The notes beneath the pieces were generated by a model. That model was not told where the DNA came from and did no database searches. It saw only the letters and a list, made by a program, of their open reading frames with translations. From the IMG/VR virus record IMGVR_UViG_3300014208_000005, positions 29,941 through 93,940 of that record: DNA of 64,000 bases; one strand, 5' to 3'. A program made the translations under genes and the position numbers. How positions within the stretch are numbered: position 1 is the first letter of the stretch; every line of letters begins with the position of its first letter. Shown here piece after piece: positions 1 through 9,935 of this stretch. Source of the stretch: a virus.

Positions 1-519
1 CGTTTCTTTCGTTATTGTAACTTTGTATTCAAATAAATGAGTTAAAAGACTTTGAACTGGTGAGCATTCTTTTTTGTAAATTGCTGCGAATTCATCGGAA
101 ACAGGACATGCAGTAAAGGTTCTTACAGAAGAATCATAAACCCAGGAATACTTGTAACCGAATTTATCTGGTGCAGTTGAGCCATCACAATCTGCATTGT
201 TTGTGCAAAAATAAACTCTGCCAGCTGTTACACAAATTCTTCCTTCAACATTTTGTTTACAAATCCTCCCTTCAAACTTAGTTCCGTTAAGTTCAGGATG
301 TTTAAGCACGTTGTTAATAGACATTGTGACAAACTTCTTCTCCTTAGTCGATTCCTTCACATTTTTCAATATTGTTATCGCGTTACACAACTGAAAGAAC
401 AGTTTAAAAGGGACATTTTTATCATTAATCCTTACAGTCTTGGCTGTTTTGTCAATGTGAACAATGTAAGGACGAGCACTCTTATCAGAATGATTTTGTA
501 ATGTTAATTTTTTTTCCAT
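1..519 (-). CDS. Hypothetical phage protein, 3'-truncated by window edge
   Basis: Not in ORF track. Hand translation from ATG 519 (MEKKLTLQNHSDK...GRVYFCTNNADCDGSTAPDKFGYKYSW...) stays open to position 1; lies directly after the stop of the rIIB-like gene. Confidence 0.75.
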   Translation of the reverse strand, partial: MEKKLTLQNHSDKSARPYIVHIDKTAKTVRINDKNVPFKLFFQLCNAITILKNVKESTKEKKFVTMSINNVLKHPELNGTKFEGRICKQNVEGRICVTAGRVYFCTNNADCDGSTAPDKFGYKYSWVYDSSVRTFTACPVSDEFAAIYKKECSPVQSLLTHLFEYKVTITKET

Positions 520-521
520 TG

Positions 522-1721
522 TTAAATTGCGTTAATTTCATTAATTTCATTATCTTGTTCTTCAATCTTTTCTTTACGATTCTTTGAGAAAAATTCCACA
601 ACTTCTTTACGCATTTTAGCCCATTCTTCATCTGTTTTCGCAGCGTAAGTCGAGGAGTGATACATTGAACCATTTACCATATCTAGTGCTGAATGCACGA
701 AATACTGTAAGCAACGAATTGCACCATTTCCACTATGGTCAAAAGCGCCAATGAACATCGGATCCACAAAGCAATTAAACGTCTCTGTTCCACTTCCTTG
801 ATAACCCTTAATGTAGGTTAATCCTCCGCAATGTAATCCTGAAACACACGACTGGCTTGAGTTGCAATTTACTTTTGCCCAATCTGAAAGTCTAATTAAA
901 CACCCAACTTTAATGAAATGCCTTTCATCGGCGTATCCATTACTTCCTTCACAGAAGAAAGCATCTCCACCTTGATGCATCATTGGTGGTTCAAACAAAC
1001 GTTCTTCAGCAATTTCCGGCAATTTTGTTAAAACAATTCCTGTGTCAGGATCAATTGTCTTTTCATAACGATCAATGACAATCTTATTACCATCAGCATC
1101 AAGAGCGTATTTCGTCGTTATTTCTAATGCAGCTTTGTACGTATTTAACAACCCCTCTTGCGTAATAGAAACGTCCTTAACTGAAGCGTACTTCACCGCA
1201 ACATCGTGTGACAATCCTTGTTCATCCATTAACTTTGAAACTTTATCATTGTTGACAAAGTCTGTGTTAATGTAATTTGCAAACATTTCTGAAAATTGTT
1301 CCCTGCCTTTTTTATCCTTACCTCTAAGGACGGGATTCCTTAACCAACGAGTCCACAGTTTAACCAAAGGCATGAAATCCACACCTTTCTCTGCAGATTC
1401 AATAATCCTGTCTGCAAGAGACTTAGGCATTGCAATTGACGAAGTTACTCCTTCATTTTTAAGATAGAACTTCTTTGTGTGGTTGTTAACGACAATGTAG
1501 GGGCACTTTGTTTCCACTAATTCCTTAAAAGATACGTGTGTCAACTTCTCAAACTGTTCCAAAATTGGCTTTAACTCATCAAATTTCTTCACTTTATCTG
1601 CTTTTACTTGCAGCTTTACCATCGCATCATAGCGATCTTTATCAAACGTCACTACGAATTGTTCCTTTCCGTAGGAGCCTGAAATCACGTCGTTTTCGAC
1701 ATTAATGTTAATTACACTCAT
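522..1721 (-). CDS. rIIB-like protein
   Basis: 399 aa, downstream of an rIIA-like GHKL gene; C-terminal CNSSQSCVSGLHCGG..Y...VDP motif typical of rIIB-like proteins. Confidence 0.7.
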   Translation of the reverse strand: MSVININVENDVISGSYGKEQFVVTFDKDRYDAMVKLQVKADKVKKFDELKPILEQFEKLTHVSFKELVETKCPYIVVNNHTKKFYLKNEGVTSSIAMPKSLADRIIESAEKGVDFMPLVKLWTRWLRNPVLRGKDKKGREQFSEMFANYINTDFVNNDKVSKLMDEQGLSHDVAVKYASVKDVSITQEGLLNTYKAALEITTKYALDADGNKIVIDRYEKTIDPDTGIVLTKLPEIAEERLFEPPMMHQGGDAFFCEGSNGYADERHFIKVGCLIRLSDWAKVNCNSSQSCVSGLHCGGLTYIKGYQGSGTETFNCFVDPMFIGAFDHSGNGAIRCLQYFVHSALDMVNGSMYHSSTYAAKTDEEWAKMRKEVVEFFSKNRKEKIEEQDNEINEINAI

Positions 1722-1758
1722 GTTTGTTGTTTTTTAATTAGCTAATTAATTAATTCTG

Positions 1759-1790
1759 CAAAAGTACGAAATTTATTCCGTTTCTGCAAC
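1759..1790 (-). promoter_or_regulatory. Bacteroidota housekeeping-sigma promoter upstream of rIIB-like gene
   Basis: Minus strand reads GTTG-cagaaacggaataaatttcg-TACTTTTG-cag, matching -33 TTG / -7 TAnnTTTG. Confidence 0.6.
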
Positions 1791-4475
1791 TTTTTCTTCT
1801 GTTTTCTTTATTGTTAATTCATCTGGAATTGAGAATTTATCCAACCCAACTTCCTGTAAAAGAACTCTTATCAATCTTTCTGCTTGAGACGTTAATGTTT
1901 TAGCCTCATCATACCTTCTTGGAACGAAGTAACTGACTTCATTAAACAACTCCTTCACTGGCTCAGAATATTCAAGCAATAAGTTGCATTGGTTTACAAC
2001 AGTCATATCTAAAATAGAAGCATTTTTAACCAATTCTGTCCCAAATAACTCTTTCGACTTTTCAGCGATTGCTTTTTCATCCTCGGAATTATCTGTAACA
2101 AATAGTTGAAACTCTCCGTATTTTATCAACTGCTGTAACAACTGTGATTCAACGTCGTCATCTGTTAACTTACGTAGTTTTAACGTCTGAGTAAACTTAT
2201 TTGAGTATTCAATAAGGTAATCGTAAATTTCTGCAATCCTATTGTCAATTTGTGCGTAATTCTTAAAGAAGTTAATTGATTGATTCTCTGTGATTTGTTT
2301 TGCAACAAATCTTGCCGTAAAGTATTTTTTTACATCTTCGTCCACTGTAATACAACTGTCATTAAGTTGATAAAAGAAGTTACTGATGTGTGTTCCTATT
2401 GATTTAAAATGTTTCTCATTCTTCTTTGATATCTTTACTATTCTTATTTCCTTGTTGTACCAACTTATTTGTTGCAAACCTAACGTCCTACACGCTGCCT
2501 GCAACATCTCAGAATCTTCCTGAAATCCAAAGTAAACTTTACTTTTCCACGATAAAACCGTCGATGTTTTCTCCTCAACCTTATCCCAAATCAGTTCATA
2601 CCTCGTCGCGTAACTATGCGAACTTACTCTTGGAGTAAAGAAAACAATTTCTCCATTAGCTTTCCTTAATTCCTCAAGCGAGGCAGACTCTTTTGCAATG
2701 ACTTCCTCAACCTTACGTTCTTCCTCCTCTGCTGTGACTTTAAAATCCTCTGGAACTTCTACTGCGTCATAATCAAGACACTCAGACGAATTTTTGATTA
2801 ATTCAAGAATCCTAAGCATTTTAGCCCTTTTCTCCTCAAACTTTTCAGTTACCTCTTCTTTCAACGTCTCTGCCGTTTTCTCCAGAAGTTCATCCAGTTT
2901 CTTATCAAGGTCTTCCAATTCAAGAATGACAAAACTCCTACGATCTTCTAATTGAGTTTGTAAGATGTATTGGTCTTTAACATTAGATGCCTTATCATCA
3001 GACAATTTAAGATAAACCTTATTTCCTGCAAAATGTCCCCAACTTTCTACTACCGACCTGTCAACTTTTTTGACGTAACCTCCAGTTGATTTAACGTATT
3101 CATTTTTGTAGGTTACCTCTCTAGGATACATTCCCCAAAACATGTCTCCGGGATTCTTAAACTTAATCGTCTTATCTTCAGAGAATATCGGAATGATGTT
3201 CGACTTGTCAATCATTTGAGCTAACTCGTAAAGAGTACTCCCGCGTTGAATGTAGCCTAAGGCAGAGTTCGCTTTCTCAATCCATTTCAAAAAGTCTTTC
3301 TCTTTTAATTCCTTGTTGATAATTTCAGCTGCCTCATTGGCGACGTTTTTAGTTATCGATAAAAGATAAGCCTTAGTGTCATCATTCCAAATCACTTGTT
3401 CTCTGTTAGGCGTAACAGTAACTCCTTCGTTAATAAGGTATTCTTCTCCGCTTTCTGTTTTTCCGACAGAACGCATCTGAACTTTTAATCCTACCTGACC
3501 ATAACGCTGTTCTAACTCAAGTTCTTTATAATTAATCTCATTGTAACAAATTCCTACGTTACTTGTTTTATCTTTTACAACGACTAAGTGTGGGCGAGAA
3601 TAATGTGAATTGTTTGAGATTATTAAATTGTCTGAGTTGTAAAGAACACTCGCCTTAAAATAATGTTCTCTTTTATTACCCCCTTCATCAACGATGTAAA
3701 ACCTCACATTTGGTAAGTAAAGTAATTGAGATTCAACGGCGTTAATGAATTTGTGTTTGTTGAGTTTCTTAACAGGGGTGATAATCTCAGTGAAATTCTT
3801 TAGAGTTGTCTTCTCATAATAGATTTTCGACCCATTGGTAAGAGTAATAAATTTATTCTCTTCCTCTGTGTCAAGATTAAAAGGCCCAATTAAATCATCG
3901 ATTTTCTTAGAGTAAATGTTAAGCTTGTAGAGTTGACCATTGTAGGCTGAAATCATTGTGTAAAATGGAGTCATTGTTGATAAGGGACTTTTCTGACCAA
4001 GTCCGAAACTTCCCATGAACTCTTTGGTATTCCTTTTTGTTGAGTACCCTAATTGCAATACTCCTTCCATCCTCCCATTACCAATTCCAACTCCATAATC
4101 TCTTACAACAAACTCATCACAGAATCCACTTCCTGCTTTTTCTCTGTACTCTAACTCAACGTTAATGTGTTCAGTGTCAAGCCAATCTAAATTGTAGTAT
4201 TCACGTTTGAACTTACTGTCCTCAAACTCCTTACCGTGCTTAACAATGAAGTAATCCTCTTCCTTTGATTTGCCCGTGAGAATCTCAATCGCAATCTCCT
4301 TCTCACGCTGTGAATCTACTGCATTAGATGTCAACTCCCTCACAGTCGATTCAATAGGCATTGAGTAAGCGTAAACCTGAAGAATGTCAAAGACAATATC
4401 AATTGAATTAGAATTTATCTCCTTCTTAATTCCCCTTGAACCCTTTGTACTATGTGTTATTGGCTGTAGCGACAT
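1773..4475 (-). CDS. rIIA-like protein with N-terminal GHKL (HSP90/MORC-type) ATPase
   Basis: Bergerat-fold motifs VRELTSNAVD, RDYGVG, GSFGLGQKS; paired with rIIB-like gene. Confidence 0.8.
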   Translation of the reverse strand: MSLQPITHSTKGSRGIKKEINSNSIDIVFDILQVYAYSMPIESTVRELTSNAVDSQREKEIAIEILTGKSKEEDYFIVKHGKEFEDSKFKREYYNLDWLDTEHINVELEYREKAGSGFCDEFVVRDYGVGIGNGRMEGVLQLGYSTKRNTKEFMGSFGLGQKSPLSTMTPFYTMISAYNGQLYKLNIYSKKIDDLIGPFNLDTEEENKFITLTNGSKIYYEKTTLKNFTEIITPVKKLNKHKFINAVESQLLYLPNVRFYIVDEGGNKREHYFKASVLYNSDNLIISNNSHYSRPHLVVVKDKTSNVGICYNEINYKELELEQRYGQVGLKVQMRSVGKTESGEEYLINEGVTVTPNREQVIWNDDTKAYLLSITKNVANEAAEIINKELKEKDFLKWIEKANSALGYIQRGSTLYELAQMIDKSNIIPIFSEDKTIKFKNPGDMFWGMYPREVTYKNEYVKSTGGYVKKVDRSVVESWGHFAGNKVYLKLSDDKASNVKDQYILQTQLEDRRSFVILELEDLDKKLDELLEKTAETLKEEVTEKFEEKRAKMLRILELIKNSSECLDYDAVEVPEDFKVTAEEEERKVEEVIAKESASLEELRKANGEIVFFTPRVSSHSYATRYELIWDKVEEKTSTVLSWKSKVYFGFQEDSEMLQAACRTLGLQQISWYNKEIRIVKISKKNEKHFKSIGTHISNFFYQLNDSCITVDEDVKKYFTARFVAKQITENQSINFFKNYAQIDNRIAEIYDYLIEYSNKFTQTLKLRKLTDDDVESQLLQQLIKYGEFQLFVTDNSEDEKAIAEKSKELFGTELVKNASILDMTVVNQCNLLLEYSEPVKELFNEVSYFVPRRYDEAKTLTSQAERLIRVLLQEVGLDKFSIPDELTIKKTEEKVAETE

Positions 4476-4776
4476 TTTTTGATATTATTTTCATTATTTG
4501 ATTGTAGTATTTAAGTCTGTCATCGTCTGGAAGATAATCAGCTGTTACTTTTAAACAGCAATGACCTCCATAACAATACCAAGGTTTATGATACCCTTTA
4601 GCAGTCTTATCTCCTGAATCTTTCCTGGCAGCTAATACTCCATACTCACTTAGATTGTAAAGATGTAAATTGTGATCAACCCTTCTTACAACTCCAAAGT
4701 TCATATTATTTTTGTACCCAGCATTAGTGATGACTAAATCACCTATTAATAATTCTTTTCCAGCTAAATCATTCAT
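4450..4776 (-). CDS. Hypothetical protein (KOW/SH3-like start DLAGKELLIGDLVI)
   Basis: 108-aa ORF coupled to neighbours. Confidence 0.6.
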   Translation of the reverse strand: MNDLAGKELLIGDLVITNAGYKNNMNFGVVRRVDHNLHLYNLSEYGVLAARKDSGDKTAKGYHKPWYCYGGHCCLKVTADYLPDDDRLKYYNQIMKIISKNVATANNT

Positions 4777-5048
4777 ACTCTGTCTGTGTCAATGTATTGT
4801 TTTTTAAATTCGTAATAAGCCTGTTGTTTGTCCTTATTTAATTGATCGACTGTGAGTTTAACCAAGTATTCTGGATGAAGTTCTTGTAAAATTAACAATT
4901 CTCTATGCCAACCAGTTTTGTGATTAAGGTACCCCATGTCATAAACCCACCACATGTTACCGTCTTCATTTTTAATTAGAAGAAAAACATTACTCGGTTG
5001 ATAATCTCTGGATTCTCTGTCAATAACTAAATCACCACGTTTAAGCAT
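4773..5048 (-). CDS. Hypothetical protein
   Basis: Track ORF 4773..5063; ATG 5048 (MLKRGDLVI) preferred; ATGA overlap with next gene. Confidence 0.55.
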   Translation of the reverse strand: MLKRGDLVIDRESRDYQPSNVFLLIKNEDGNMWWVYDMGYLNHKTGWHRELLILQELHPEYLVKLTVDQLNKDKQQAYYEFKKQYIDTDRV

Positions 5049-5364
5049 CACCACACAACTCAATCATTTTGTTAGACAAGTACTCAAAGACATCATTATC
5101 TGTGTCTTTTCTCCATGTAATTGAGTTCACATCTTCCAGTATTTTTGTTGCATCTAAAACTGCAATGCCTTGCGGTGTGTCAACTAAGATACTTGTGACT
5201 TCAATTTCAAACGACGGTTTTACTGGGGCAGTTGCTCCACCACCAGATAGCGGTGTTTCTCCGAGACCATCATTGTAAAGACCCTGAACTCTAAATGTAG
5301 TATTTCCTATTAAAATATCCTCAGTGATTAAATCATAAGGGTTTCTCCAGATTGCTTCCATCAT
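5041..5364 (-). CDS. Hypothetical protein
   Basis: 107-aa ORF in operon. Confidence 0.55.
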   Translation of the reverse strand: MMEAIWRNPYDLITEDILIGNTTFRVQGLYNDGLGETPLSGGGATAPVKPSFEIEVTSILVDTPQGIAVLDATKILEDVNSITWRKDTDNDVFEYLSNKMIELCGDA

Positions 5365-5801
5365 AAGTTGTATTTAGCCTTAATTATTTTAATAACTTCT
5401 AAACATTGTTTCTGATTTCTCGGTAAAAATAAATCACAAACATCATCAGCGTCGATTAAAGATTTCTTGAACAGCTTAAATCGGAGCGGGAAACTCTCGT
5501 TAAGTAACCCTTTGGTCTCAATAATAACTGGGTAATTTTCCAATCGAAAGTCTGGTTTGTAAGTTATTGGTCTTACCTTCTCACCGTTGTAAGTAAACCC
5601 CGGAAATACCTCATAAGATTTTCCTTCGTACTTAAAAGGTGTCTTTAACAACTCTAATTGCTTGTACATAAAGACTTCAAGCTTGGAGTTGAATTTCGTG
5701 CCTTTGTAAGTAAGTTTTACATTGCCAAACTTGTTGGCAACGTTAGGTTTACGTTTTATTTTCCTAATTCCAGTAACCCTCTTCATAACAGAACTCAGCA
5801 A
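5361..5801 (-). CDS. PD-(D/E)xK endonuclease (DUF1064 / T7 endonuclease I-like resolvase)
   Basis: NKFGNVK...FNSKLE...ITYKPDF...IIETKG motifs; true start may be ATG 5786. Confidence 0.75.
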   Translation of the reverse strand: MLSSVMKRVTGIRKIKRKPNVANKFGNVKLTYKGTKFNSKLEVFMYKQLELLKTPFKYEGKSYEVFPGFTYNGEKVRPITYKPDFRLENYPVIIETKGLLNESFPLRFKLFKKSLIDADDVCDLFLPRNQKQCLEVIKIIKAKYNL

Positions 5802-6165
5802 GCATTCTTATTTCATCTTCTCCAATTTCTGTGTAGTCTGCTAATTCATAATAAATGTTTTCTGCTTGTTCTTCTGTGAAACCAAATTCTTCTACTATTT
5901 GATCGCTAAAAGAAAGTTCATCATATTCTTTAAAGTAAGTCACTATTAGCCTTGCAGTATCCAAATCTTCTTTCGTTAATTTGTAAGATTCTTTTGGTGT
6001 TTGTGGATAACTTTTCAGAGCAGTTTCAATGCAAAGTGTTGTCCAGACTTTTGGTCTAAACTCTTCACTAAAAACTAAATTCATTACTGTTCCATTCAAC
6101 CCAGGTCTAGCTGGGTATTGTTTTTCCTGTTTAGTTATCTCTAACCAAGGATTGTTTTCATTCAT
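5764..6165 (-). CDS. Hypothetical protein
   Basis: 133-aa acidic ORF in operon. Confidence 0.55.
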   Translation of the reverse strand: MNENNPWLEITKQEKQYPARPGLNGTVMNLVFSEEFRPKVWTTLCIETALKSYPQTPKESYKLTKEDLDTARLIVTYFKEYDELSFSDQIVEEFGFTEEQAENIYYELADYTEIGEDEIRMLAEFCYEEGYWN

Positions 6166-6562
6166 ATTTCGTTTGTTTTATTGTTAAAGTTTGTCCAAAA
6201 CACCAAGGAGAAACATAAATTTCATTATCATCTTCGTCATAAGTACATGGCATTTGTTCAAACCCTTCTCCAATTCCATCACTAAGCTGTCCAGATGTGT
6301 AATCCATCAAAACATCTAATTCATCTTCAGTTAGTTCTTCTTTTGATTCATAGTTAACAACTGTTTCGAGTATTTCTACTTCGTTATTATTTCTGTACTC
6401 AAAATGCATGAAACCGTTAGTTACTCCTTTCTGAACTAATAGAACTTCCTCGTCTCCAAAATATTCAGAAAACTCTTCATCGCAGCCTATGTGATTTAAT
6501 AATTTTAAATTATTAGTTCCAGATACTTCTCCAGAAACTCCTCTTATTTCAATATTATACAT
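6158..6562 (-). CDS. Hypothetical acidic protein
   Basis: 134 aa; GQLSDGIGEGFEQ motif. Confidence 0.6.
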   Translation of the reverse strand: MYNIEIRGVSGEVSGTNNLKLLNHIGCDEEFSEYFGDEEVLLVQKGVTNGFMHFEYRNNNEVEILETVVNYESKEELTEDELDVLMDYTSGQLSDGIGEGFEQMPCTYDEDDNEIYVSPWCFGQTLTIKQTKYE

Positions 6563-6564
6563 AT

Positions 6565-6750
6565 TTAGTCTTCATTAATGTCTCTAATACTTGTGATTTC
6601 AATCAACTGAAAACCATCTTTGTTGTATCGCTCATTAATTATTTCACGAGCTGTTGACTCATCAAAAGCTTTAACAACAATGACATTTTTAGTTGGTTGA
6701 TTTAGTGATTTGTATTGTATTCTCGCAATAAAGCGTTTAGGTTCTATCAT
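6565..6750 (-). CDS. Hypothetical protein
   Basis: 61-aa ORF tightly packed between neighbours. Confidence 0.5.
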   Translation of the reverse strand: MIEPKRFIARIQYKSLNQPTKNVIVVKAFDESTAREIINERYNKDGFQLIEITSIRDINED

Positions 6751-7036
6751 AGAGTTTAGTTATTTCAGTGATGCGAGCAGCCATTTCTGGTAAAAGTTTT
6801 TTAGAGTATTTCTCATAAAGAATTTTTAAATCTTCATCGTCAAGAGTAATTGATACTTCTCCTAAGCCCTCACTAAAGGACATTCCACGAATACCTGGAC
6901 AGGATGCTCTTGCAAGTAAATAAAATGATATTCTATCTCTGTAGTCATACATTCGATCTTGCTGTTCTTCTTTAATAGACTTGTCATTTTTTAACTTCTC
7001 TTCGTATTTTTTTACAAATTTCAAAATGTTGCTCAT
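6737..7036 (-). CDS. Hypothetical protein
   Basis: 99-aa ORF, ATGA overlap with primase stop. Confidence 0.55.
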   Translation of the reverse strand: MSNILKFVKKYEEKLKNDKSIKEEQQDRMYDYRDRISFYLLARASCPGIRGMSFSEGLGEVSITLDDEDLKILYEKYSKKLLPEMAARITEITKLYDRT

Positions 7037-8016
7037 AGTAAATTTCTTAGTAATTGTTTAGCTTTGCCAACATCCCTGTATTTATCAATGTAATCAGAGA
7101 TATCTTTCACACCTGTTTCTATCGGCAGGAAAAAATAAGGAATTCCATGCTGTAAGGAAAATAATTGTGCGTACTTTACCCCAGCGTCATCGTTATCAAA
7201 GAAAATGTACATTTGTTTGTACCTTCCTTTAAACTTCTCCCAGACTTTCTCAGGAATCCACGATACTTCATTATTAGGAGCTACTGCCGGATAACCTAAT
7301 TGTTTCAAGCACATTACATCCTTTAACGACTTCGTGATAATTAATAGGTCGTTGATTTTGGGGATGTTATCAATGCCTTGAACAACTGTGTTATCAATAT
7401 TGCTGTACCATTTCTGTTTGCTTAAGGGTTGGTAAATCTTACGTAATAAACGTCCATTATGATAATAATAATCGTAAGAATAACTAGTCCCAGCAGCGAA
7501 AAACATTACATCATTTATCCAGAAATGAGATACAGGCCTTACTTTGTATTCTTCTAATGTTGTCTTAGAAATGCCGTATTTCTCATACCAATATTCTTTA
7601 TCATTTAACATCCAGTTTCTGACTTTAATCTTAATAACTGTCCGGCGCGAATGTTTATCAAGACCCACGTTATCGAATGTGCAATCCGATACAGAATTCT
7701 TGTTTACATTAAGGACATTTGTTACTAGATTAAAGTCAGATGCTACCATGTCGAACGTATCTCTGTAAGAGATGCCATATTTCTTCATTAAGTAGCCCCA
7801 GATGTTAGTTCCTGGATCACTTGAACCAAAGTCTTTGTAAAGCAAATACCCTCCAAAATCGCTTATTCTGCAACTTGGCTTACTTTCTTTCCGTAAGTCA
7901 CTTTTAAAGAATGTGTCAACTTTTTCAAAGTTTGGACAATATCTTTTGAAAAGTTCTGCTTCGGAAATGTTATCAAGTATTTGCTCTTTGGTTATCATTT
8001 TGTGTCCATGAATCAT
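7033..8016 (-). CDS. DNA primase (crAss-type, TOPRIM)
   Basis: N-terminal SDLRKESKPS...YKDFG domain; TOPRIM motifs LIITKSLKDVM, FFDNDDAG, KDISD. Confidence 0.85.
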   Translation of the reverse strand: MIHGHKMITKEQILDNISEAELFKRYCPNFEKVDTFFKSDLRKESKPSCRISDFGGYLLYKDFGSSDPGTNIWGYLMKKYGISYRDTFDMVASDFNLVTNVLNVNKNSVSDCTFDNVGLDKHSRRTVIKIKVRNWMLNDKEYWYEKYGISKTTLEEYKVRPVSHFWINDVMFFAAGTSYSYDYYYHNGRLLRKIYQPLSKQKWYSNIDNTVVQGIDNIPKINDLLIITKSLKDVMCLKQLGYPAVAPNNEVSWIPEKVWEKFKGRYKQMYIFFDNDDAGVKYAQLFSLQHGIPYFFLPIETGVKDISDYIDKYRDVGKAKQLLRNLL

Positions 8017-8035
8017 CGGTTACTTTATTAGTCAG

Positions 8036-8833
8036 TTACGACCACTCACTCTTTTGTTCTGCTGAAGGTTCAGCGTCTGGTGTTGCTTGTGGTTCAGTTG
8101 GGACGAATTCCTTGAGTTGGTAGGAAATAAAACGGTTCTTCTTAGCAACCTTGAATTCCTTCATCCAATTCGTAAGTCCTGTGATATTCCAAGGCTCATG
8201 ATGGCTTGTGTAAATACCAGCGTAAACTTTACCTTCTTGAACACGAACTTCAATCATTGACCTTACGATATTGTCTTTAAACAGCGTTAGAATATCACGA
8301 AGTTCTTTCACATTTCCTCTGATCAACGCTGACCAGTCATCAATAGATACTTCATCACCACTACCAGCATTAACCCAAGCACGAAGGAACTTAATAAGTT
8401 CGATTTCGCCTTCTCTTGCCACATGCTGTCCGTTAGTTTTCCACCAGGAAGCTGCTGGTTGTTGGCCTGCTGCAACACTGCAAATAGAACCAAAACTGTT
8501 AACAAATACGGTAGTAGTACCATCTTCCTTACCTTTTAATTTGTCTGAAATGAAAATTGATTCCTTTTGAATTAACTGTTTTTCGATGCCTAATTCTTCA
8601 AGAGATTTATCAGGACCACCTACAACAGGTTTTTCCGGTAATACTGATTGACACCAGATATCAATCCTTGTTTTCTCTCCTAAGTATTCAGGTTCTTTTT
8701 GTGCATTAACTCCTAATGCAATGAGTTGTTCTTGTGTCGGATTTATTGCTACCACTTTAAATGGTGCAATTCCGTAAATTGTTCGGAAACTTTTAGTTAC
8801 TTCTACGTTTCCAGTGTTACCTTTAACTGCCAT
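8036..8833 (-). CDS. Putative single-stranded DNA-binding protein
   Basis: VVAINPT motif, acidic/Pro C-tail ending in an aromatic residue, position between primase and AAA ATPase as in crAss-like replication modules. Confidence 0.55.
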   Translation of the reverse strand: MAVKGNTGNVEVTKSFRTIYGIAPFKVVAINPTQEQLIALGVNAQKEPEYLGEKTRIDIWCQSVLPEKPVVGGPDKSLEELGIEKQLIQKESIFISDKLKGKEDGTTTVFVNSFGSICSVAAGQQPAASWWKTNGQHVAREGEIELIKFLRAWVNAGSGDEVSIDDWSALIRGNVKELRDILTLFKDNIVRSMIEVRVQEGKVYAGIYTSHHEPWNITGLTNWMKEFKVAKKNRFISYQLKEFVPTEPQATPDAEPSAEQKSEWS

Positions 8834-8835
8834 AG

Positions 8836-9189
8836 TTACGCTGTTGCTGTTAAATCATCAATAATAGTGTACTTCTTAGTTCCTTTAGTTGCGCGTTTTC
8901 CTGTTTTGTATTCCATTCCTAAATCAGATAGTGCATTAGTCAAATCATCATATGTAATATGATAATTCTCACACACTTCTAAAAACTTCTTTTCTCTTTC
9001 TGTAAGTTCTTCTGGTTTTTCTGCTGTTTCAGCCTTCATGAATTTCATTTCAATCAAAGCCATTCTCATTTGTTGATTACTTAACCCGTAACGCGAAGCA
9101 AGCTGGGGTAAAGTCATCCCCATTCCACGCGCGATAGCTACCTGCTGTTTACTTAATGTAACAGTCATAGATACATTACCTTCTGTCAT
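8836..9189 (-). CDS. Small HTH-like DNA-binding protein
   Basis: GMTLPQLASRYGLSNQQMR resembles a helix-turn-helix. Confidence 0.45.
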   Translation of the reverse strand: MTEGNVSMTVTLSKQQVAIARGMGMTLPQLASRYGLSNQQMRMALIEMKFMKAETAEKPEELTEREKKFLEVCENYHITYDDLTNALSDLGMEYKTGKRATKGTKKYTIIDDLTATA

Positions 9190-9206
9190 GTTAGTTGTTT
9201 TTATGT

Positions 9207-9935
9207 TTAGTTTTTAAATATTAGCTTCCAATCAGCTTCAATGTCTTTACCCTTAAGGTGTTCAACGCGAGCACCGCAAGCAACTTCATCTGAAGCAATA
9301 AAATTTATTCTTAATTCTCCTTCTTCTGTGCGATACATGTAACCAATTGCATCAGCATTAGCACATGTAATGGATTTAATCTTTCCTGTTAAATCCAATT
9401 CTTTAGCTGAAATTTCCTTACCTTTCCTTTCAATGGACTTATCTTTCAGATGTGCCACAAGAATCAGATGATCTGTAACTGTAGCCATTCTGTCAATCCA
9501 TTTCTTAAATGAAGTCCTGAGCCACAAATACCCAGCTCCATTAGGTAAACTTAAAACAGATTCCCATTTCTCTTTAGGCAATATTTGCCCCTGAGGATTT
9601 CTGTTAAAAGCTTTACCTACTAAGCTATTCATGTAAGTTTCTGTAGCTTCCCATTCACACCAGTCTTCTAATTTTGATACTGTGTCGATAGTGACGTATT
9701 TGTAAGGTTTTCCAGCTTTAATAATTCCTTGACCAACTTCCCCTAATTCCGTAAGACTATTCACTTCAACTTTTAATGCTGTAACAAACTTACTTCCTTT
9801 CTCTAAGTCAATTATCAGATTATTTTCAAGTTGACTCATGAAAGTAGTTTTGCCCATTTTAGGCTGTGAGTAAATAATTATTCTTCCTGGATTTTGAGTT
9901 GTTGGTTCAATTACTTTTGTTGGTAATTCAATCAT
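9207..9935 (-). CDS. AAA_24 / Sak4-like P-loop ATPase
   Basis: Walker A YSQPKMGKTT, IIDLEKGS, Walker B VTIDTV, LILVAH, ADAIGY. Confidence 0.8.
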   Translation of the reverse strand: MIELPTKVIEPTTQNPGRIIIYSQPKMGKTTFMSQLENNLIIDLEKGSKFVTALKVEVNSLTELGEVGQGIIKAGKPYKYVTIDTVSKLEDWCEWEATETYMNSLVGKAFNRNPQGQILPKEKWESVLSLPNGAGYLWLRTSFKKWIDRMATVTDHLILVAHLKDKSIERKGKEISAKELDLTGKIKSITCANADAIGYMYRTEEGELRINFIASDEVACGARVEHLKGKDIEADWKLIFKN